Shown here one piece after another: positions 48,435 to 58,073 of a DNA stretch of 64,000 nt. Origin of the DNA: Candidatus Levyibacteriota bacterium. Its GTDB lineage: Bacteria > Patescibacteriota > Microgenomatia > Levybacterales > UBA12049. Each line of letters begins with the position of its first letter. Position 1 is the stretch's first letter. A program made the translations under genes and the position numbers. The notes under the pieces were generated by a model. The model searched no databases and was not told the origin of the DNA. It worked only from the letters and a program-made list of their open reading frames with translations. Location: NCBI GenBank assembly GCA_029260905.1, contig JAJDCH010000002.1, forward strand, positions 79,546 to 143,545. The letters are read 5' to 3'.

Positions 48435-49783
48435 AAAATTTCAGTCTTGCCCTTTTGACTGTAATAATAGTAACCTCTTTTTCCGTTCTTGTTAATCTCA
48501 TTGCTCCTTTTAAAATCAATCTTGGATTTCTAAGCTACAATCATCAGGGAATTGATTTAAATTTTATTCCATTTGTAAATACTACAAGAGGTTTTGATTT
48601 CAAAAGGGGTCTTGATCTTGAGGGTGGAACCAGCATTACGCTTCAGGCAGACATGAAAGATATTCCCGATGATCAGAGGGAAAATGCTCTTGATTCTGCA
48701 AAGTCTGTTATAGAAAAAAGAATTAACTTCTTTGGTGTTTCTGAGCCGGTAGTTCAAACAGCAAAGACAAATGATGATTATCGGATAATTGCAGAGATAC
48801 CGGGTGTAACAGATGTAAATCAAGCCGTAAAGCTTATCGGAACAACTGCCAAGCTGGAGTTTTGGGAGATTGATCCTTTTTTTGATCCTAACGAGTCACT
48901 TAATGTTGCAAGTAGCTCTGCAATTCCCGCCTCAATCTTAAGAGAACTTGGACCTGGTGCAAAAAAAACAGACTTAACTGGTGCAGATCTTAAAAATTCA
49001 AGTGTTGCATTTAGCCAGCAGACAGGAGAGCCTGAGGTGCAATTGGAATTTACGAAAGATGGCGCGGAAAAATTTGCAGATATAACGAGTAGAAACGTAG
49101 GAGGCATTCTTGCAATAACACTTGATGATGAAGTAATCCAAGCCCCACGTGTGAATCAAGCAATTTTTGGAGGACAAGCAGTAATAACTGGAAGCTACAC
49201 AACCGATCAGGCCAAAAATTTTCAGATTCAGCTTAATGCAGGTGCTTTGCCTGTGTCTCTTTCAGTTCTTGAGCAAAGAGCAACAGGTCCAAGTCTTGGT
49301 CAGAATTCAATTGAAAAAAGCTTGATTGCTGGAATCATTGGCCTTTTGATTGTTATAGTATTTATGATTATAATTTATGGAATCCAGGGATTTGTTGCGA
49401 GTCTTGCCCTTATAATTTATACATTTATTGTTCTTGCGATTTTCAAGCTGGTTCCTGTTACGTTAACACTTGCAGGTATTGCTGGTTTTATACTCTCAAT
49501 AGGAGTCGCAGTTGATGCCAACATCTTGATTTTTGAAAGAATGAAAGAAGAATTGGCAAAGGGAAGATCAAAGGAAGCAGCAATTGAGATTGGTTTTACA
49601 CGTGCATGGCCATCAATCAAGGATTCAAATGTTGCAAGCCTTATCACAAGCTTTGTTCTTTACCAGTTTGGAACGCCAATTGTCAGAGGATTTGCGATAA
49701 CTCTTGCAATTGGAGTCATGGTCTCAATGTTTTCAGCAATTACCGTGACGAGGGTGTTACTACGCATTTTTTATAGGAGTTAA
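48431..49783 (+). CDS. secD: Protein translocase subunit SecD
   Basis: GLDLEGG, RIN.FGVSEP, LNAGALP, GPSLG and GVAVDANILIFER motifs. Confidence 0.97.
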   Translation: MKNFSLALLTVIIVTSFSVLVNLIAPFKINLGFLSYNHQGIDLNFIPFVNTTRGFDFKRGLDLEGGTSITLQADMKDIPDDQRENALDSAKSVIEKRINFFGVSEPVVQTAKTNDDYRIIAEIPGVTDVNQAVKLIGTTAKLEFWEIDPFFDPNESLNVASSSAIPASILRELGPGAKKTDLTGADLKNSSVAFSQQTGEPEVQLEFTKDGAEKFADITSRNVGGILAITLDDEVIQAPRVNQAIFGGQAVITGSYTTDQAKNFQIQLNAGALPVSLSVLEQRATGPSLGQNSIEKSLIAGIIGLLIVIVFMIIIYGIQGFVASLALIIYTFIVLAIFKLVPVTLTLAGIAGFILSIGVAVDANILIFERMKEELAKGRSKEAAIEIGFTRAWPSIKDSNVASLITSFVLYQFGTPIVRGFAITLAIGVMVSMFSAITVTRVLLRIFYRS

Positions 49784-49786
49784 TTT

Positions 49787-50695
49787 ATGTTAAATATTAT
49801 TGGAAAAAGAAATGTATATTTTTTAATTTCACTTCTGGTTATAATACCAGGCATCATCTCGCTTTTTGTTTTTGGACTGAAGCTCTCAATTGATTTTACG
49901 GGAGGTACAAGAATGAGTCTTCTTTTTCCAGAAAAGGTAAATGAGAGAACTATTGATCAAGTCGAGAGTGCATTTGAGAAAGAAGGTACAGACATTGTTA
50001 GTATGCAACCATCTGATAATAGACTAATTCTGAGGACAAAGCCGATTGATGAGAAAAAGAATGCTCAAATTGTTGAAAGTATTAAGGTATCAGCTGGTAA
50101 GCTTACGCAGGAAGAATTCGCAACAATTGGTCCAACAATTGGAAAAGAAACAACTTTAAATGCATTTTATACGATATTACTTGCATCAACGTTGATAGTT
50201 CTTTATATTGCTTTTTCATTTCGATCTGTCCCAAAACCAACAAGTAGCTGGAAGTTTGGTGTTGTGACAATTGCCGCCCTTGTCCATGATGTTTTACTTG
50301 TGGTTGGAGTATTTTCAATACTTGGACATTTTCTGCAAGTGGAGGTGGATGGTCTATTTGTTACAGCAATTCTGACAGTTATCGGTTTTTCAGTTCATGA
50401 TACAATCGTTGTTTTTGACAGAATTAGGGAAAATCTCAGAAGATATGTGGGCGTGCCATTTGCTGAAGTGGTCAACAATTCAATAGTTGAGACAATTGTC
50501 AGATCATTAAACACCTCTCTAACTTCTATTTTGGTTCTTTTGACGCTTTTTCTTTTTGGTGGTGAAAGTATCAGATGGTTTGTTGGCGCGCTTCTTATTG
50601 GAATGATCAGTGGTACTTACTCATCTATCTTTAATGCTGCGCCAATTTTAGTTGTCTGGCAAGAGTGGGAGGAGAAGAAAAGAAACAAGAAGTAG
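49787..50695 (+). CDS. secF: Protein translocase subunit SecF
   Basis: IDFTGGT, IGPTIG, HDV, GFSVHDTIVVFDRIRE, RSLNTS and GTYSSIF motifs. Confidence 0.97.
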   Translation: MLNIIGKRNVYFLISLLVIIPGIISLFVFGLKLSIDFTGGTRMSLLFPEKVNERTIDQVESAFEKEGTDIVSMQPSDNRLILRTKPIDEKKNAQIVESIKVSAGKLTQEEFATIGPTIGKETTLNAFYTILLASTLIVLYIAFSFRSVPKPTSSWKFGVVTIAALVHDVLLVVGVFSILGHFLQVEVDGLFVTAILTVIGFSVHDTIVVFDRIRENLRRYVGVPFAEVVNNSIVETIVRSLNTSLTSILVLLTLFLFGGESIRWFVGALLIGMISGTYSSIFNAAPILVVWQEWEEKKRNKK

Positions 50696-50697
50696 GA

Positions 50698-51156
50698 TTA
50701 AGATTTAAGATCAAGTTTTTCTTTTACCAATCTACTTACCAAGCCTCCATCTGCTTTGCCTTTTACTTTTGGCATTAGCGTACCCATGACTTTTCCTATA
50801 TCTGCAGCAGAGCTTGCGCCTGTTGCTGCTATTGCTTCATCCACTAGCCTTACAACTTCGTCATCTCCCATCTGTTTAGGTAAATACTTTTCAAGAATAG
50901 CTATTTCTTTTTCTTCTTTTTCAACCAATTCTTCTCTTCCTGCAGATTTGAATTGTTCGATTGAGTCTCTATGCTGCTTGGCTTCTTTTTGTACGACAGC
51001 CAGCACTTCATCATCAGTTGCTATGTATCCCGCGCCGCCTTTTTGGGTTTCAAAATAACCGATTGCAGATATTACCATGCGCAGAACCGAAGTCTTTTCA
51101 GTGTCTCTTGCCAGCATTGCCTGTTTTAACTCATCTCTGATCTGATCTTTTAACAT
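50698..51156 (-). CDS. GatB/YqeY domain protein
   Basis: LK.AM, KEAKQHRDSIEQF..AGR, E...LEKYLP and GKVMG..M.KVKGKADG motifs. Confidence 0.93.
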   Translation of the reverse strand: MLKDQIRDELKQAMLARDTEKTSVLRMVISAIGYFETQKGGAGYIATDDEVLAVVQKEAKQHRDSIEQFKSAGREELVEKEEKEIAILEKYLPKQMGDDEVVRLVDEAIAATGASSAADIGKVMGTLMPKVKGKADGGLVSRLVKEKLDLKS

Positions 51157-51219
51157 AATCTAATTATACAATAAGTTGATCATGAAGCAAGAGACACAAA
51201 TTAATAGTTACAATTTATC

Positions 51220-51249
51220 TATGTCCAGTATACAGGTATACTGGACATA
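51220..51249. promoter_or_regulatory. Perfect 14-bp inverted repeat (operator-like)
   Basis: TATGTCCAGTATAC-AG-GTATACTGGACATA; no U-tract on either side. Confidence 0.7.
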
Positions 51250-51334
51250 TTATCTCAATAGATTAGTATGGAGTTGGAGCTTATTGTTAATAGGGCTGGA
51301 AAATTTGCAGAGCTTGTTGTAGAGTACTTTTTTT

Positions 51335-51661
51335 ATGCCAGAGCTAACCAAAGGGATGTCACCAAAATTAATAGAGCGCGCGGCTAGATGGAGAAGTCTA
51401 GAGTCGCAAATCGGACAAGCAAGTACTAATTAAGGATGTCTTCCGAGTCTTACTTTGGGTACAATAAGAAATTTGTTTGGAATAGATCCAGCAGAGGTAA
51501 GAGAGAGAATTAGAAATGGAACTCTTAAGACAGTTGTTGGAGCGCTACACAGAATCCCAGTAGCAGAGTTTAATAGAAGTGGCGGGCCTGGGAATTGGAG
51601 ACTTCGCGGCCTAACACTCGAGGAGAGTAGAAGCGCTCAGCCGTTTAGGCAATCTGCTTAA
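51335..51661 (+). pseudogene. Possible excisionase-like HTH gene with an in-frame TAA, or a short intact gene starting at TTG 51455
   Basis: ATG 51335 reads to TAA 51431-51433, then the same frame continues as LTLGTIRNLFGIDPAEVRERIRNGTLKTVVGALHRIP, which resembles MerR/Xis-type HTH domains. Confidence 0.35.
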
Positions 51662-53024
51662 CCCTTTTTAATAAATACTCTTTATTATTCTTCTCCAGAT
51701 CCTCATCAACTTCCTCAAATAATTTTTGAAGAATTGTGCCGATTTGAGGACTTGGTTTGATATTTAGTTCTTTCATGACATCTCGTCCATCTATTGCCAG
51801 ATCAGTAATTGAGAAAGGAGCAGGAGCTAGTTGTTCCTCAACTCTTTTTTTAAAAAGCTTGAGTCTCCAGCTTTCTGCTGTTTGAGTACCACCTCCCAGT
51901 CTGTCGCCAACTCTCAGATCCATCATATCCGCTACATTTTCTACACCAATCCTTCTTATGAAGCGTCTGATGGCAGCATCAGTTATATTTTCATCAACAG
52001 TGAACATATGCCAGCGGATAAGGGTTACCACTTTGTTTCTATCTTTTTTGGAGAACTTCAGCCTCTCACAAATATCATAAGCTATTTTGGCGCCAAAGAC
52101 CTCGTGATTGTGAAAGATAACAAGCCCGTCTTTATCAGTTGATGCTGATTTTGGTTTGCCGATATCATGAATGAGTGTTGCAAATCTGACAATTGGATCT
52201 TTAGAGCTGCAATGCTTTAGAGATAAGACATTGTGAGTAAAGACATCATCTTTGTGATGACGGCCTGGACGTTCTTGTGAGACACCAATCCCATCAATCA
52301 GTTCAGGGACGATATGTCTTAGAAGATTGGTGTTCTTAAGAAGCATGATGCCCTCATACGGATAATTACTTGCAAGAATTTTAAGAAGTTCATCACGGAT
52401 TCTTTCACGGGATATTTCTGATAATAAACCTGAATCGTTTATGATTTCTTTTAATGTTTTCTCATCAACTTCAAATCCTAATTGCGATGCAAATCTGATT
52501 GCCCGCATCAATCTGAGCGCATCCTCTTTAAATCTAAGTGAGGGATCACCCACTGCTTTTATTATTTTATTTTTTAGATCAGTTTGTCCGTCAAAAGGAT
52601 CAATCATGCTTTTTGTTATTGGTTCTTGGTTCTTGGATAGGTTGAGGGCCATTGCATTGATTGTAAAATCGCGTCTTTCGAGATCTTCTTCTATTGTTTT
52701 TCCCCATTCAACTTTTTTTGGATGACGTCTATCTTTATAGTCTTTTTCAGTTCTAAATGTCGTTATTTCTACAAGCCCTTTGTGTTCTGTCTCTTGGATG
52801 TCAGGTGTTTTAATACCCACAGTACCAAAGTTATTTTCGTAAACAGAATCAGGAAATAATTTTTGTATTTCAGTTGGTGTTGCATTGGTTGTCATATCCC
52901 AATCAGTGACTGCTTGATTAAGAATAATACTTCTTACACTGCCACCTACCAGGTAGATTTCAAACCCCTGATCAGTAAATTTCTTTGCAATATCAATAAT
53001 GTGGGCTGGTATTTTGTCTATCAT
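51645..53024 (-). CDS. cca: CCA-adding tRNA nucleotidyltransferase with HD domain
   Basis: YLVGGSVR, DWD, EITTFR, RRDFTINA, EDALRLMR, ERIRDE and HDIGKP motifs. Confidence 0.92.
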   Translation of the reverse strand: MIDKIPAHIIDIAKKFTDQGFEIYLVGGSVRSIILNQAVTDWDMTTNATPTEIQKLFPDSVYENNFGTVGIKTPDIQETEHKGLVEITTFRTEKDYKDRRHPKKVEWGKTIEEDLERRDFTINAMALNLSKNQEPITKSMIDPFDGQTDLKNKIIKAVGDPSLRFKEDALRLMRAIRFASQLGFEVDEKTLKEIINDSGLLSEISRERIRDELLKILASNYPYEGIMLLKNTNLLRHIVPELIDGIGVSQERPGRHHKDDVFTHNVLSLKHCSSKDPIVRFATLIHDIGKPKSASTDKDGLVIFHNHEVFGAKIAYDICERLKFSKKDRNKVVTLIRWHMFTVDENITDAAIRRFIRRIGVENVADMMDLRVGDRLGGGTQTAESWRLKLFKKRVEEQLAPAPFSITDLAIDGRDVMKELNIKPSPQIGTILQKLFEEVDEDLEKNNKEYLLKRVKQIA

Positions 53025-53041
53025 CTTTGTTATAGTATATC

Positions 53042-54739
53042 ATGTCAAAAATGATGAAAAAATGGGAAGTTCTCAGCCAATTCAGAATTCAGAATTCAGA
53101 ATTCAGAATCAATAATTTGATAGAAATTCTTTTAAAGAACAGAAATATAAAAACAAAAAAAGAAACAGAAGAATTTTTAAATCCTGATCTGGACTTGGTT
53201 ACTCCAAAGTCAGTTGGTATTGATGAGCTGCAGCTTGAGAAAGCGCTAAAGAGAATAGAAAAGGCGGTAAAGAAGAAAGAACAGATTGTTGTTTTTGGTG
53301 ATTATGATGTAGACGGAATTACGGGATCTGCAATTCTCTGGGAAAAACTTTATGAAATGGGTGCCAAGGTGCTTCCTTATATACCACACAGGGTTGATGA
53401 GGGATACGGCCTTTCTTCGAAAGGAATTTCCAATCTCCAATCACAAATCTCAAATGTTTCATTGATTATTACAACTGATAATGGGATTGTTGCTCAGGAT
53501 GCTGTTGATTTTGCCAATTCAAAGGGAATTGATGTCATAATTACTGACCATCATGTTGCCGATAAGAAATTGCCTGATGCTTATGCGATTGTTCATACTA
53601 CAAATCTCTGTGGCGCAGGGGTCGCGTATCTGCTTTCCAAAGAGCTAAAATCCAAGAGTCAACCTCGCCGAGATCCAAGAACCAAAGATGATAATCATCT
53701 CGAACTTGCGGCTCTTGGGACAATTGCTGACCTTGTACCCCTGACTGGTGCTAATCGGGCAATTGTAAAAAACGGACTTGAAAAGTTATGTAAAACAAAA
53801 AGGCCTGGGCTGATGGAATTATTTAAGCAAGCTGGTATTGATAGAGAAATATTTACAACGTATGAGGTTGGATATTTGATATGTCCTCGTCTGAATGCAA
53901 CAGGAAGGATAGGGTCGGCAATGGATAGTCTGAGGCTTCTTTGTACAAATGACAGAAATCGTGCTGAGAGTTTGGCAGAAAAATTAGAGCTCATAAATAA
54001 AGAAAGACAGATGATGATGAGAGATCAAGTATTACAGGCAATTGAAGAGACAAGAGATAAGAAACAGGAGGCAAAAAGTTTATTGTTTGCTGCAAGTAAA
54101 AATTATAATCAAGGCGTGATTGGACTTATTGCAGGAAAGCTGGTTGAGAAGTTTTATCGCCCTGCAATTGTTTTATCAGTTGGAGAAATATACACTAAGG
54201 CATCAGCAAGGTCTGTAAGCGGATTTAATTTGATTGAATTCTTAAGGTCTTTTGAGAAGCATTTTATTAATGTCGGAGGACATCCCATGGCGGCAGGGTT
54301 TACTATTGAGACAAAAAAATTAGACAGTTTTCAAAAAGCACTAGAGCAAAAAGCAGAAGAAATAATTGATGAAGATATATTAAAAAGAAAGTTAAAAATT
54401 GACTGTGAGCTTGAGTTTCCATACATTGATACATCACTTCATAAAGCAATACAAAATCTTTCACCTTTTGGTATGGGAAATCCAGAGCCTGTTTTTATGA
54501 CAAAAGGAGTTGAGATAAAAAACGTCAAGACTGTTGGAGCGCTTGGAAAACATTTGAAGCTTGAATTAGGAATTAGGGATAAGGAATTGTGGATTGATGC
54601 GATTGCGTTTGGTTTGGGTGAGGATTTTGCTGATCTCAAAATAGGTGACATCATTGACATCGTCTACACAATCGATGAAAATACATGGAACGGCAATACA
54701 AAACTGCAGTTAAAGGTGAGGGATATAAAAGATGAATAA
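53042..54739 (+). CDS. recJ: ssDNA exonuclease RecJ
   Basis: GDYDVDG, EGYG, TDNG, TDHH, GTIAD.VPL, PRLNA.GR and GGHPMAAG motifs. Confidence 0.97.
   Translation: MSKMMKKWEVLSQFRIQNSEFRINNLIEILLKNRNIKTKKETEEFLNPDLDLVTPKSVGIDELQLEKALKRIEKAVKKKEQIVVFGDYDVDGITGSAILWEKLYEMGAKVLPYIPHRVDEGYGLSSKGISNLQSQISNVSLIITTDNGIVAQDAVDFANSKGIDVIITDHHVADKKLPDAYAIVHTTNLCGAGVAYLLSKELKSKSQPRRDPRTKDDNHLELAALGTIADLVPLTGANRAIVKNGLEKLCKTKRPGLMELFKQAGIDREIFTTYEVGYLICPRLNATGRIGSAMDSLRLLCTNDRNRAESLAEKLELINKERQMMMRDQVLQAIEETRDKKQEAKSLLFAASKNYNQGVIGLIAGKLVEKFYRPAIVLSVGEIYTKASARSVSGFNLIEFLRSFEKHFINVGGHPMAAGFTIETKKLDSFQKALEQKAEEIIDEDILKRKLKIDCELEFPYIDTSLHKAIQNLSPFGMGNPEPVFMTKGVEIKNVKTVGALGKHLKLELGIRDKELWIDAIAFGLGEDFADLKIGDIIDIVYTIDENTWNGNTKLQLKVRDIKDE
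53081..53108 (+). repeat. Perfect heptamer tandem repeat (TTCAGAA)x4 inside recJ
   Basis: Read directly; encodes FRIQNSEFRI. Confidence 0.9.
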
Positions 54740-55196
54740 AATAAGATTTACCAAAGAAGGGTATGAGAAGTTGAAAGAAGAATACAACGAGCTTCTTCGT
54801 AAAAGGCCAATGGTGATTGAAGATCTTCAAAAGGCTCGTGAGATGGGAGATCTTTCTGAAAATGGATACTATAAAGCATCAAAAAGTAAACTTTCATTTG
54901 TTGATGGGCAGTTAAGACGTTTTTCGGATTATCTCAAACGAGCAGAAGTTGTTGATAATGATGGAACAAATCATCCGATTGACAGTGTGTATATTGGATC
55001 AGAGGTAACACTAACTGATGGACAAAGAGAAAAAACTTATCAGATTGTTGGCGATATGGAAGCAGAGCCAAGCGTTGGAAAATTATCGCTTTTATCACCT
55101 GTTGGTCGTGCAATTGTCGGGAAGTCTCTTGATCAGGAAGTGGAGATAGAAACACCAGCAGGAAAGTTTAAGTATAAAATAATAAATATAAAATAA
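54732..55196 (+). CDS. greA: Transcription elongation factor GreA
   Basis: T.EGYEKL, AREMGDLSEN.YY and YQIVG..EA....GKLS.LSPVGRA motifs. Confidence 0.95.
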   Translation: MNKIRFTKEGYEKLKEEYNELLRKRPMVIEDLQKAREMGDLSENGYYKASKSKLSFVDGQLRRFSDYLKRAEVVDNDGTNHPIDSVYIGSEVTLTDGQREKTYQIVGDMEAEPSVGKLSLLSPVGRAIVGKSLDQEVEIETPAGKFKYKIINIK

Positions 55197-56870
55197 TTAA
55201 TTTCGTTCTTGAATGTAGGATAAGTGTTTTTCTTTTTCTTCCTCAAATTGTTTTAGATCTGTTTCATGCTTGAGAATCATATTTATTGTATGTTGCGCAC
55301 CGATATAGTGAGGCATTACCACGTAGCTTGCTCCAGCTTCATATAGTTCTTCTGCATCAGTTGTAGTTTGGGAAAGCGCTATGATGACTGCTTTCTTATT
55401 GACTCGTCTTATTGTTTTAGTAAGAATGATATTTGTTTTCAGATCAGGTAGGGTTGAGACTGAGAGCTTAATACTATCAAGATTTAAATCTGTTAAGAAT
55501 TCAGTATCTTCTGCATCACCAAAAACATAAGGGATATTTTTATTTTTTAATCTCTCGATTGATTCTGGATTGAAGTCCACGACAAGAAAGGAATTTCCAA
55601 GTTTTTTAAAAGCAGATATATAGTCAGCGCCTACTCTGTCATATCCGAAAAGAAGAAAATTATACTTTTCATTTTTACTGCCTTTTCCTGGATTTTTTTC
55701 TAATTCAAGAAGCCTTAGTAGCCACTCGACCTTTTTATAAAGATGATCTGCATAGAGAATAAAATAAGTTGATCCTGCAATTGTGATAAGACCTACAATT
55801 GTAATGATGGATAATACTTCTTGAGATATGTGTCCAACCCGAAAGCCAAGAGCAGCAAGGATTAGTGAAAATTCACTGATTTGTGCTACAGTTAGGCCTG
55901 TCATAAAACCAGTTTTGCTTTTATGACCCATGAGGTTCATGAGAACAATTACTATAAATGGATTTCCGATAAGAACAAAAAGCGAAAGAATAATAGATGG
56001 TATAAGAATGGTAGATGCATTTTCAAGAACAAGTTGAGATCCAAGAAGAACAAAGAAAAGAACAATGAAAAAATCTCTTAGAGGCTTGAGACGAGCGCCA
56101 ATTTCATAAGAAAAGGGGGTAAGTGAAAGAGTGACGCCTGCAATTAGTGCCCCTATCTCCATTGAAAGATTAAGTGTATAAAAAAGTCCGGCGAGCGCAA
56201 CACCCCAACTGATTGAAAAAAGAAAAAGAATCTCCTGCGAGCCTGCTAGAAATTTGCTAAGTTTTGGTATCACATAAACACTAACTATGTATAGAGAAAT
56301 AAATACCAAAAACCCTTTTAGTAAAAGCAATCCAGTAAGATCAAAAAAGTTCTGACTTGTTGCTCCTGTAAGTGATGAAACAAAAAGAAGAATAAGTGTG
56401 GCGACAATATCTTGAACAATCAAGAACCCAACTGCTATTTTTCCGTACAGCTTATTGAGATCCCCTCTGTCAGATAGGAGCTTTAGAACTATGATAGTAC
56501 TGCTAAATGTAAGCGCGATTGCAAGATACATTGCAGCAATCCGTTCAATTCCCAGAAAAATCGCAATTGAAAACCCAATCAGAGTAGTAAAAATAATTTG
56601 TCCAAGGCCTCCAACAAGGGAAACTTTACCAACCTCTTTTATGATTTTGGGGCTAAGACTCAGACCAACAATAAAAAGAAGAATAGTTATTCCTAGTTTG
56701 GAAAAAAGTTCTATGTGCTCTGTGGAGTGAAGAATATTAAGAAAATATGGTCCAGCCGCAATTCCAGCTAGTATATATCCAACAATAAGAGGCTGTCTGA
56801 GAATACGCATCAAAATTGCAGAAAATGTCGCAAGAACAAGAAGTAATCCAACCTCAACAAAAATCTCCAT
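55197..56870 (-). CDS. CPA2/Kef-type cation:proton antiporter with TrkA-N domain
   Basis: QPLIVGYILAG, FSST, QD, LRDFF and AQISEF motifs; C-terminal GYDRVG..VVD.NP..GDA RCK domain. Confidence 0.93.
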   Translation of the reverse strand: MEIFVEVGLLLVLATFSAILMRILRQPLIVGYILAGIAAGPYFLNILHSTEHIELFSKLGITILLFIVGLSLSPKIIKEVGKVSLVGGLGQIIFTTLIGFSIAIFLGIERIAAMYLAIALTFSSTIIVLKLLSDRGDLNKLYGKIAVGFLIVQDIVATLILLFVSSLTGATSQNFFDLTGLLLLKGFLVFISLYIVSVYVIPKLSKFLAGSQEILFLFSISWGVALAGLFYTLNLSMEIGALIAGVTLSLTPFSYEIGARLKPLRDFFIVLFFVLLGSQLVLENASTILIPSIILSLFVLIGNPFIVIVLMNLMGHKSKTGFMTGLTVAQISEFSLILAALGFRVGHISQEVLSIITIVGLITIAGSTYFILYADHLYKKVEWLLRLLELEKNPGKGSKNEKYNFLLFGYDRVGADYISAFKKLGNSFLVVDFNPESIERLKNKNIPYVFGDAEDTEFLTDLNLDSIKLSVSTLPDLKTNIILTKTIRRVNKKAVIIALSQTTTDAEELYEAGASYVVMPHYIGAQHTINMILKHETDLKQFEEEKEKHLSYIQERN

Positions 56871-56924
56871 TGTTATAGTTTACAACAATTATCTAAGCCT
56901 TGTCATTCGTGTTAAAATATCCAG

Positions 56925-57695
56925 GTGAAGAAAGTAGTAAAAATTTATAAGCCAATTGGTCAGACACCTCTCCAAGCAATTAATGAATTTAGACAAAATA
57001 ACCCAGAATATAAAGATATCAAAATCGGAATCGCCGGACGGCTTGATCCACTAGCGTATGGAGTACTGCTTCTGATGATTGGAGCGGAAACAAAAAATAG
57101 AGATAAATACCTAAGTCTTGATAAGGAGTATGAGTTTGAAGTTTTATTCGGAATCTCAACCGATACTTACGACGTGCTTGGTTTAATAAACAATGTAACA
57201 ATTGGGCAATTGAACAATTTTTTTAGCTCTTCACAGAACTTGAAGAAAAAAATAAAGCTATTTATTAAATCCAAACTCGGTAAACAAACTCAAGCTTATC
57301 CATCGTATTCATCAAAGGAGGTTCTGGGTAAGCCGCTTTTTCAATGGGCAAGGGAGGGGAGGCTTGGAGAAATAGAGATCCCGGATAAAAAAGTTGAGAT
57401 ATATAAATTTGAATTGCTGGATATTAAAAATGTAGCTACATTAAAAATCCGAAAGAAAATGTTTGAGAATATTGGTAAAGTCAGTGGCGACTTCCGCCAG
57501 GAAGAAATTATCAAAAAATGGGAAGATTTTTTTCAAAACAATAAAGATCAAGTATTTATTACGGCACGATTTAGAATTTCCTGCTCAAGCGGCACTTATG
57601 TTAGAAGTCTGGCAAATGAAATGGGTGAAAAATTTGGCAGTGGCGCAATTGCGATTGATATTTTAAGAACAAAAGTTGGAGATAATAAATTTTGA
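56925..57695 (+). CDS. truB: tRNA pseudouridine(55) synthase-like protein
   Basis: KP.G.TP, AGRLDPLAYGVL (catalytic Asp), KEY, TDTYD, P.YSS and CSSGTYVRSLA motifs. Confidence 0.88.
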   Translation: MKKVVKIYKPIGQTPLQAINEFRQNNPEYKDIKIGIAGRLDPLAYGVLLLMIGAETKNRDKYLSLDKEYEFEVLFGISTDTYDVLGLINNVTIGQLNNFFSSSQNLKKKIKLFIKSKLGKQTQAYPSYSSKEVLGKPLFQWAREGRLGEIEIPDKKVEIYKFELLDIKNVATLKIRKKMFENIGKVSGDFRQEEIIKKWEDFFQNNKDQVFITARFRISCSSGTYVRSLANEMGEKFGSGAIAIDILRTKVGDNKF

Positions 57696-57733
57696 TCCGG
57701 GACTTGGATTCCCTTCGATTCCTCAGAGTAAAC

Positions 57734-58032
57734 TCACATGTTCAAACCATTTGCCAAGATCACTTCAGCATACTCAGTACATGTATTAATACCAAGTTTT
57801 CCATCAACTAGCATTTGCTTCTTTGCTCTAGACCATCCTTTAATTTGCTGTTCACGCTTAGCTGCTTCTAATTTAGAACTATATCGCTCGCAATAAATTA
57901 ATTCTAGATGAGAAAATTTTTTAGTAAAAAATGACTGCTTGTTGCGTGTTGATTATATCTATTAATTAAATCGTTTGTAATTCCTAAATAAAATATTTTC
58001 TCATCGCAAAGAAGCATATAAACAAACCACAT
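57734..58032 (-). pseudogene. Small GIY-YIG nuclease (YhbQ/YazA-like) with a 1-nt frameshift
   Basis: MWFVYMLLCDEKIFYLGITNDLINRYNQH, then in another frame NKQSFFTKKFSHLELIYCERYSSKLEAAKREQQIKGWSRAKKQMLV...; ATG to TGA spans 299 nt. Could be a sequencing error. Confidence 0.8.
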
Positions 58033-58073
58033 ATATTAAAACCTGTGCTTGCACTGAGCTTGCCGAAGTGATC
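57758..58073. repeat. Imperfect 24-bp inverted repeat (20/24) of REP-like hairpins around the GIY-YIG ORF
   Basis: GATCACTTCAGCATACTCAGTACA (57758-57781) versus the reverse complement of 58050-58073, GATCACTTCGGCAAGCTCAGTGCA. Third copy CCCTTCGATTCCTCAGAG at 57711-57728. Confidence 0.75.

Noticed and set aside
51268-51387. 39-codon ORF MELELIVNRAG...
   Set aside because: Its ATG overlaps the putative -10 box, it has no motif, and it overlaps a better candidate frame.
57693-57711. Second tRNA gene or an intron-split tRNA
   Set aside because: Only a 19-nt 3' fragment is present and the upstream tRNA is already complete.
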